Shown in pieces: positions 26,895 to 32,000 of a stretch of DNA of 32,000 bases. Position numbers and translations under genes: made by a program. Every line of letters starts with the position of its first letter. The stretch's first letter is position 1. The notes below the pieces were generated by a model that ran no database searches, was not told the DNA's origin, and saw nothing but the letters and a program-made list of their open reading frames with translations. Where the stretch lies: contig NC_014736.1 of the NCBI RefSeq assembly GCF_000172995.2, forward strand, positions 1 to 32,000, given 5' to 3'. This DNA comes from Halogeometricum borinquense DSM 11551 (lineage in GTDB: Archaea; Halobacteriota; Halobacteria; Halobacteriales; Haloferacaceae).

Positions 26895-28418
26895 TCACTG
26901 CAGCGAGAAATTGACTGTTTTCGTCTGCGTGTAATGGTCGATGGCCTTCTGGGAAGTTTCGCGTCCGATGCCCGACTTCTTGTAGCCGCCGAAGGGCTGT
27001 CCTGCCGGGAAGTCGTTGTAGGTGTTAACCCAGATATTTCCGGCTTCGATGTCTTTTGCGCATTGGTGTGCCTTTGTGAGATCCTGAGTCAGGATACCTG
27101 CCGCCAGCCCGTAATCGACGTCGTTCGCCAGTTCGATCATCTCATCGTAGTCGCTCCACGTGAACACCTCTTGTACCGGGCCAAAGATCTCCTCCTGAAC
27201 AGCACGGTTGTTATGGTCGATTTCGTCGATGAGCGTGGGTGTGACGAAACAGCCGTCCGCCAGCGCTTCGTCGTCCGGCTGCGCGCCCCCTGTAAGGAAT
27301 GATGCACCCGAATCGCGGGCTTCCTCAATGTAGCTCATCGTATTTTTGACCTGCTCTTCGGACACTTTCGGACCGATGTCTGTCGATTCGAGCAGCGGGT
27401 CGCCGACGACTAACTCCGCTGCGGCAGCAGCCAGTTCGTCGAGGAATTCCGTTTTGACATCCTCGTGGACGAACAACCGAGATCCCGCACAACAGCACTC
27501 ACCGGTGTTGAAAAAGATCGCCGTAATCGTCGTCCGGACGGCCTGTTCAAGGTCCGCATCGGGGAAGACGACGAGTGGGCTCTTCCCGCCGAGTTCGAGT
27601 GTGATGTCGGTGATATTCTCTGCTGCGCTCTTCATTACCTCACTCCCGACTTCGGTTGACCCGGTGAAAGCAACCTTCCGGATGTCCTCGTGACTGGCGA
27701 GCGGCGCGCCCGCCTCTGTTCCGAATCCAGTCACGACGTTGACGACGCCGTCGGGGATGACGTCTCCCGCCTCCTCCATCAGTTTGAGTACGGAGAGAGG
27801 GGTTTCTTCGGCGGGCTTGAGAACGACTGCGTTCCCGGCGGCCAGTGCTGGGGCGAGTTTCCACGCGGCCATCAGCAACGGGAAGTTCCACGGGATGATC
27901 TGCCCCACAACCCCGTACGGCTCGTTGTACGTCTGAACGCTACGGCTATCGTCTGTCTCGATTGTTTCCCCTTTGTGAGACCGAGCGAGTCCCGCGAAGT
28001 ACCGGAAGTGATCGACAACCAACTCGATGTCGATACGGGCCTCGGTTATCGGCTTCCCGTTGTCGAGCGATTCCAACTGTGCGAACGCTTCTTTATTGGC
28101 TTCGACGCGGTCTGCAATCTCTTGGAGCAGTGCCTGCCGATCAGCGGTCGAGTAGTCGCTGTAGACCGTGTTGTATCCTTTCCAAGCCGCTTCGACGGCA
28201 TTGTCGATGTCCGCTTCGACACCCGCTTGGAGAGTAGCCAGTGTCTCTCCAGTTGTGGGATCGCGTGTTTCAAACGTCTCACCCGAGGCACTCCTTACCC
28301 ACTCTCCCCCGATGTACAGTTCCCGGTGTTCGGGGAGTACGTCTTCCGCAGTCTGTGCGTGTCGCTGCTTGATTGCTGACTTTCGCTCTGCTGTTGGTTG
28401 GGTGTTGTCGCTTGACAT
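26895..28418 (-). CDS. NAD(P)+-dependent aldehyde dehydrogenase (betaine-aldehyde/aminoaldehyde DH-like)
   Basis: 507-aa ORF with ELGGKSP (catalytic Glu), GECCCAGSR (catalytic Cys), ...FTGSTEVG... and the C-terminal ...[11 protein letters not shown].... Confidence 0.9.
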   Translation of the reverse strand: MSSDNTQPTAERKSAIKQRHAQTAEDVLPEHRELYIGGEWVRSASGETFETRDPTTGETLATLQAGVEADIDNAVEAAWKGYNTVYSDYSTADRQALLQEIADRVEANKEAFAQLESLDNGKPITEARIDIELVVDHFRYFAGLARSHKGETIETDDSRSVQTYNEPYGVVGQIIPWNFPLLMAAWKLAPALAAGNAVVLKPAEETPLSVLKLMEEAGDVIPDGVVNVVTGFGTEAGAPLASHEDIRKVAFTGSTEVGSEVMKSAAENITDITLELGGKSPLVVFPDADLEQAVRTTITAIFFNTGECCCAGSRLFVHEDVKTEFLDELAAAAAELVVGDPLLESTDIGPKVSEEQVKNTMSYIEEARDSGASFLTGGAQPDDEALADGCFVTPTLIDEIDHNNRAVQEEIFGPVQEVFTWSDYDEMIELANDVDYGLAAGILTQDLTKAHQCAKDIEAGNIWVNTYNDFPAGQPFGGYKKSGIGRETSQKAIDHYTQTKTVNFSLQ

Positions 28419-28499
28419 ACACTGCTAGTGTTATCTGTTTAGCATAAATAACTTTTCAATAGATGGTCTTGTTGGCTAGTCTGAAGACATCGGTTTTAC

Positions 28500-29456
28500 T
28501 CATCCGTCGAGATACGGGAGCGGACTTACAGGGGACATCATGGGCGATCCGGTTAGTATCTGTCCTAACTGCGGAACGTGTGAGCTGCCATAGATCACGA
28601 GCGTCCGCTGGTCGTCCGCGTTGGGTACGTTCCAGATGTTCGATGCGATACGTAGATTCCGCTGGGTCCACGCAGTCATGAGCTTCACCATCGTGTACTC
28701 GCCCGGATCACTGTTTTCAAACGCTGTCGCGTAGAGTTGTTGATCATTCTGCCAAACGCTCGACTCCGAGTTGAGCATATTCAATCTCTTGTAGTGTTCC
28801 AGTAGTGACCCCTCGTTGAGTCGCTGTTGCTCCTGCTCAACGGTTTCACCGATATCGGAGATTGGATACTGAACCGAGTCCGGCTTGATCAAGAGCGACT
28901 GCAGCGAACCCGATAGTTGCTGCTTTTCTTCTTCGGTCAGCAGCGCATCCAGCCTCTGATAGTAGTCAACGGCGGCGACAGAGTCGTGACCGAGTTTGTC
29001 AGCAAGTCGGAACCCCACCTGAATTATCTCGTCGCTTCTGTCTCTGTCCCATCCAGAGACGGTATCGATAGTCTCGTTGTCGGTGGTGTATGCCGTGTAC
29101 GCCCTATCGACAATCGACTGTTCTGATGCCACATGCTCAACGGCAATTCTATCCGGGTCCCACGCTGCGAGTCGGTCGGTCAGTGTCTCAAGCTCACGCT
29201 GTCGCTGCTCTCCAAGAACGTTCCCAGCGTCGAGCGCATACGCGTTCTGTGTGTCTTCTGGAGTTTGTGCCAGATGACTCGTCCCGAGCAGCATCACCTC
29301 TCGTTGGCCGTCCTTTGTACTCGGCCATGGATCAGCAGCAGCATAATCCAGCGTCTTGGGGTCGTCCTGCACTGCGTTACAGCCAGCAAGACCAGCGATA
29401 GCAGCAGCGGCAGTCGCTCCGACGAATGACCGTCGATCCATTAGGTTCGGTGCCAT
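28500..29456 (-). CDS. DUF5694-like (TraB/GumN/ChaN-superfamily) Tat-lipoprotein
   Basis: Leader MAPNLMDRRSFVGATAAAAIAGLAGC. The body ...VMLLGTSHLAQ...VLGEQRQRELETLTDRLAAWDPDRIAVEH... fits the DUF5694 pattern. The start at 29456 is supported by a TATA box 24 nt upstream. Confidence 0.6.
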   Translation of the reverse strand: MAPNLMDRRSFVGATAAAAIAGLAGCNAVQDDPKTLDYAAADPWPSTKDGQREVMLLGTSHLAQTPEDTQNAYALDAGNVLGEQRQRELETLTDRLAAWDPDRIAVEHVASEQSIVDRAYTAYTTDNETIDTVSGWDRDRSDEIIQVGFRLADKLGHDSVAAVDYYQRLDALLTEEEKQQLSGSLQSLLIKPDSVQYPISDIGETVEQEQQRLNEGSLLEHYKRLNMLNSESSVWQNDQQLYATAFENSDPGEYTMVKLMTAWTQRNLRIASNIWNVPNADDQRTLVIYGSSHVPQLGQILTGSPMMSPVSPLPYLDG

Positions 29457-29480
29457 ATATCGACGGCAGGTTGCAAGTAG

Positions 29481-29488
29481 ATTATATA
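29481..29488 (-). promoter_or_regulatory. TATA box for the DUF5694 gene (leaderless spacing), flanked by a 7-bp inverted repeat
   Basis: The minus strand reads ccggTATATAATctacttgcaacctgccgtcgatatATG. There are 24 nt between the TATA element and the ATG at 29456. GGTTGCA (29469-29475) and TGCAACC (29510-29516) bracket it. Confidence 0.5.
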
Positions 29489-30092
29489 CCGGTGCACGAT
29501 TGCAGAGCCTGCAACCGCGTGCGTATCGCTGTCCAGTATCTTGCGGATGCATAGAACGTCCGCAATTCGTTTCTGGCGTATTCTGTGCGATGTCGGAGGC
29601 GATTCTCCGACGCTCAGCTCAGGTCCGCAGACGAGAACCGCCAGTACCCGATGGCGGTTGGAACGACCGACGTCCGACTGGAAGCAGACGTCGAAGCTGC
29701 TCAACAAAACCGTTCTCTGTACCGGCATCTCCTGGTGCTTCAGTTCCAGTGGGTTCCTGACTGTGACACCTTCATTCTCGTGCGGCACCAACAGGCCAAC
29801 GGGAAGATAACAATGGTGGACGACCGCATAGTGCCGAAAGACCAAACGACCGCGAATTCTAAGTAGTCTTTCGGACAACCGCTCCGTACTTGACGAAGTC
29901 ACTGTATGACTGTGGGGTTAGACCAAATTGAAACTCGATTTTCATTTCACAGTACTATCGCTGTAATGGTTGAATTTTCCAGTCAGTCACACAGATTCCA
30001 GTTCGGCTGGAATACCTCACGCCGTCATTCTCACGTTCGCATGGTTGCTGTATTCAAGTCGGTGAGCGCTGATCTCTTGTATTCTTGGCGTG

Positions 30093-32000
30093 TCAGTCCT
30101 CCACCTCGAATAACGGATTGGGAACTGTCGTCCGCGGCTGTTCACCGCCATCGCCGCTGATACGCATGGCAGTCAGCGGCTTGTGTCCCAGTTTCGGTGC
30201 GAACAGCGAATCGCGGTCCGCCGAAACGCGGTCATCAGGGACTGATCCGTCGGCCGCTAAGTTGTCAAACACGTTCTCACAGCACCGTCTGACCAGCGAC
30301 CAGCAATCAGTTTCGGAGATGGGCTCCGTGGCGGTGAGACGAGCGACTAGTTCTCCCAAATGGTTCTGGAACAAGGCATACCACAACTTTTCTCGGGCCG
30401 CTTCGGGATCTCTCGTACAGACGTCAGACCCTGGGTACGGGTCAAAAGAGACATCGAGTCGCGGTTCAAGCAGTCGGACATCACCGAAGTCACTGACGAG
30501 TGCACCCGTGGGCTGACCGTTGTCGAACACGACGGCTGTGTTCTGGAGGTGGGCCTCCAGCCCAATTCCGTGCTTTATGAGGAGCGTCAGCGGACCCGGG
30601 ACGACGGCGTCGAGATACGACGAGAGGAACTGTTTGACGGTCTCATCCCGGTCCATCGTTGCTTCGTTGTCGGCGTAGGTGTCTAAGAGCGCCGCGAGCA
30701 CTGATTGCTCCCCCAGCGGCGGACAGGAGAGAACGCTCGCAGCCGTCACCGCCTGCTCTGAGTCTCCGACAATCGGATGCGTCGCGGGATGGGGACGAAT
30801 CAGCGCGCCCAAGTGCCGGACAGCGTCGTACCCGTCCCCATCGGGATGCGGACCATCGGGTGGATAATAACACGCGGCAGCCGGTTCGGAGCGGACTCCG
30901 AAGCGCTCGAAGGACTCGTTTTCGCACTTTTGTTTGACGATTCGGCCGAGTTGCGGGCCATCAGCGACGACGTTTGGCGACAGCGTCCGAACGGCGTTCG
31001 TCGTCTGGACGCCGATGGCGAGTTTGAGATGGGGCGGCGTCGCAAGCGACGTTTCAGCAGAACTGGGGACGACCGTCCGCAGCGAGAGCAGCGGCGTCGC
31101 CGACCGCGAATATTCCGAGATAGGAACGACGCGTCCCGCTTGACAGGCGTCGGCATATCGGTCCGGGACCACGTGTCTGAACTGCCAGGGGTGAACGGGG
31201 AGAACGGCGTACTCCTCGCGTCCGTGACCGGCGGGTAGTGACTCGTCAACCGCGGCAGCCAGACCGGGAAACACAGAGTACAGCCGTTCGGTCAATGAGA
31301 TTCCGTCAGCTGACACCGAAAGTGTATGCGGGTTACGAACAGCGACGAACCGGAGTTGGATCGAGTCGGTAAACTCAGGAGCAAACGATAGCGACTCAGT
31401 CGGTGACATGTTGCGCCGAAGCTTTGCACCCGGATGAATCGGATGGCCACCGATCACTAACCGATCAAAGAAAGCCGACGCGTCAGCGGCGGGGCGTGAC
31501 CCCTGCCCCGTCGGTCGCGGCGTTCGGTCGAGAGTATCCCACAGGACCCGTCGGCCGAGATACGCCAGCGCGAGGTTGGCGACGCTTTCACCGACCTCCG
31601 AACGGAAGCGTTCGGCGTCATTGACTGTCGAAAACGCCCCCTGCTGTTCAAGGAGCGTTGCAACCACTTCGGGAGTATCAAGCGGCTCAACACGTCCCTG
31701 CCGACAGATCACGGCCCAACTGCCGAACTGGAAGCGGTCAAATGCCCCGTGTGCGAGAACGGGCGCGACGACCGAGGCCCCTGCGTCGGGAAACGGAATC
31801 ACGAGTAGAGACTCGGCGTCGTCCGAGTCTGGGAGTTGGTCTATAAAAGTTACATCGCGTGCGCCCGGCACCTCGTTGATAGTCGCCGCAATCGAAGCGC
31901 CCCCGGCGGTGACCGTCACCGGGTCAGGGATACCCGCCGGAGCGTCTCGCGCCAAGCCACCGAGCACCCGCTCTCGGACCGACCGCCGGGCTGGAACCAA
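30093..32000 (-). CDS. IucA/IucC-family NRPS-independent siderophore (NIS) synthetase, 5'-truncated by the window edge
   Basis: ...VLPVHPWQFRHVVPDRYA..., ...PPHLKLAIGVQTTNAVRTLSP... and ...HGIGLEAHLQNTAVVFDNGQPTGALVSDFGDVRL... are the characteristic IucA/IucC and FhuF-like C-terminal motifs. The ORF is open to position 32000. Confidence 0.85.
   Translation of the reverse strand: MVPARRSVRERVLGGLARDAPAGIPDPVTVTAGGASIAATINEVPGARDVTFIDQLPDSDDAESLLVIPFPDAGASVVAPVLAHGAFDRFQFGSWAVICRQGRVEPLDTPEVVATLLEQQGAFSTVNDAERFRSEVGESVANLALAYLGRRVLWDTLDRTPRPTGQGSRPAADASAFFDRLVIGGHPIHPGAKLRRNMSPTESLSFAPEFTDSIQLRFVAVRNPHTLSVSADGISLTERLYSVFPGLAAAVDESLPAGHGREEYAVLPVHPWQFRHVVPDRYADACQAGRVVPISEYSRSATPLLSLRTVVPSSAETSLATPPHLKLAIGVQTTNAVRTLSPNVVADGPQLGRIVKQKCENESFERFGVRSEPAAACYYPPDGPHPDGDGYDAVRHLGALIRPHPATHPIVGDSEQAVTAASVLSCPPLGEQSVLAALLDTYADNEATMDRDETVKQFLSSYLDAVVPGPLTLLIKHGIGLEAHLQNTAVVFDNGQPTGALVSDFGDVRLLEPRLDVSFDPYPGSDVCTRDPEAAREKLWYALFQNHLGELVARLTATEPISETDCWSLVRRCCENVFDNLAADGSVPDDRVSADRDSLFAPKLGHKPLTAMRISGDGGEQPRTTVPNPLFEVED

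Noticed and set aside
29441-29902. 153-aa minus-strand ORF upstream of and overlapping the DUF5694 start.
   Set aside because: Its Arg/His/Cys-rich, non-acidic composition is unlike the local proteome. It would run through the TATA box and start codon of the DUF5694 gene.
1-32000. CRISPR arrays, rRNA/tRNA genes, IS transposases, integrases, toxin-antitoxin pairs or known defence-system genes.
   Set aside because: None is recognisable by eye. The only tandem or clustered repeats are very short (10 bp x4 at about 12.74 kb, and TGTCTGT x4 at about 14.45 kb) and lack CRISPR repeat-spacer architecture.

Overview
The window looks like high-GC haloarchaeal (class Halobacteria) DNA. The evidence is strongly acidic predicted proteins, many twin-arginine (Tat) plus lipobox leaders, an HTH_10 (Bat-like) regulator and a DUF7344 wHTH protein. 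I saw no rRNA, tRNA, CRISPR array, transposase or integrase. Gene order, left to right: (1) about 800 nt with no ORF, containing a compact hairpin cluster; (2) a BCCT transporter; (3) a long minus-strand cluster (3.9-12.6 kb) of a PotABCD-like ABC importer, an Fe-alcohol dehydrogenase, an MlrC/M81 peptidase and an aldehyde dehydrogenase, divergent from a glutamine-synthetase-family ligase (12.9-14.2 kb), with a frameshifted HTH_10 regulator at the cluster's 3' end. I read this as a candidate gamma-glutamylation pathway for amine or amino-alcohol catabolism, and it is the best candidate system in the window; (4) an AT-rich spacer with TGTCTGT repeats; (5) a Tat-PhoD phosphatase fused to a laminin-B-like domain; (6) a lower-GC islet (about 17.5-21.4 kb) with a Tat-lipoprotein leader ORF, a signal-less beta-helix protein, a DUF7344 protein and a chimeric junction of two gene fragments; (7) a USP and a PiT phosphate transporter; (8) a PQQ-like beta-propeller lipoprotein; (9) a zinc-ribbon/pentapeptide-repeat/membrane protein gene interrupted by one in-frame TGA; (10) a second aldehyde dehydrogenase; (11) a DUF5694 Tat-lipoprotein; (12) the 3' part of an IucA/IucC siderophore synthetase running off the window. 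The window carries several gene-disrupting lesions: one frameshift, two same-frame stops and one truncation/fusion. This suggests a decaying accessory or megaplasmid-like region. All family calls rest on motif recognition by eye. No database search was run.
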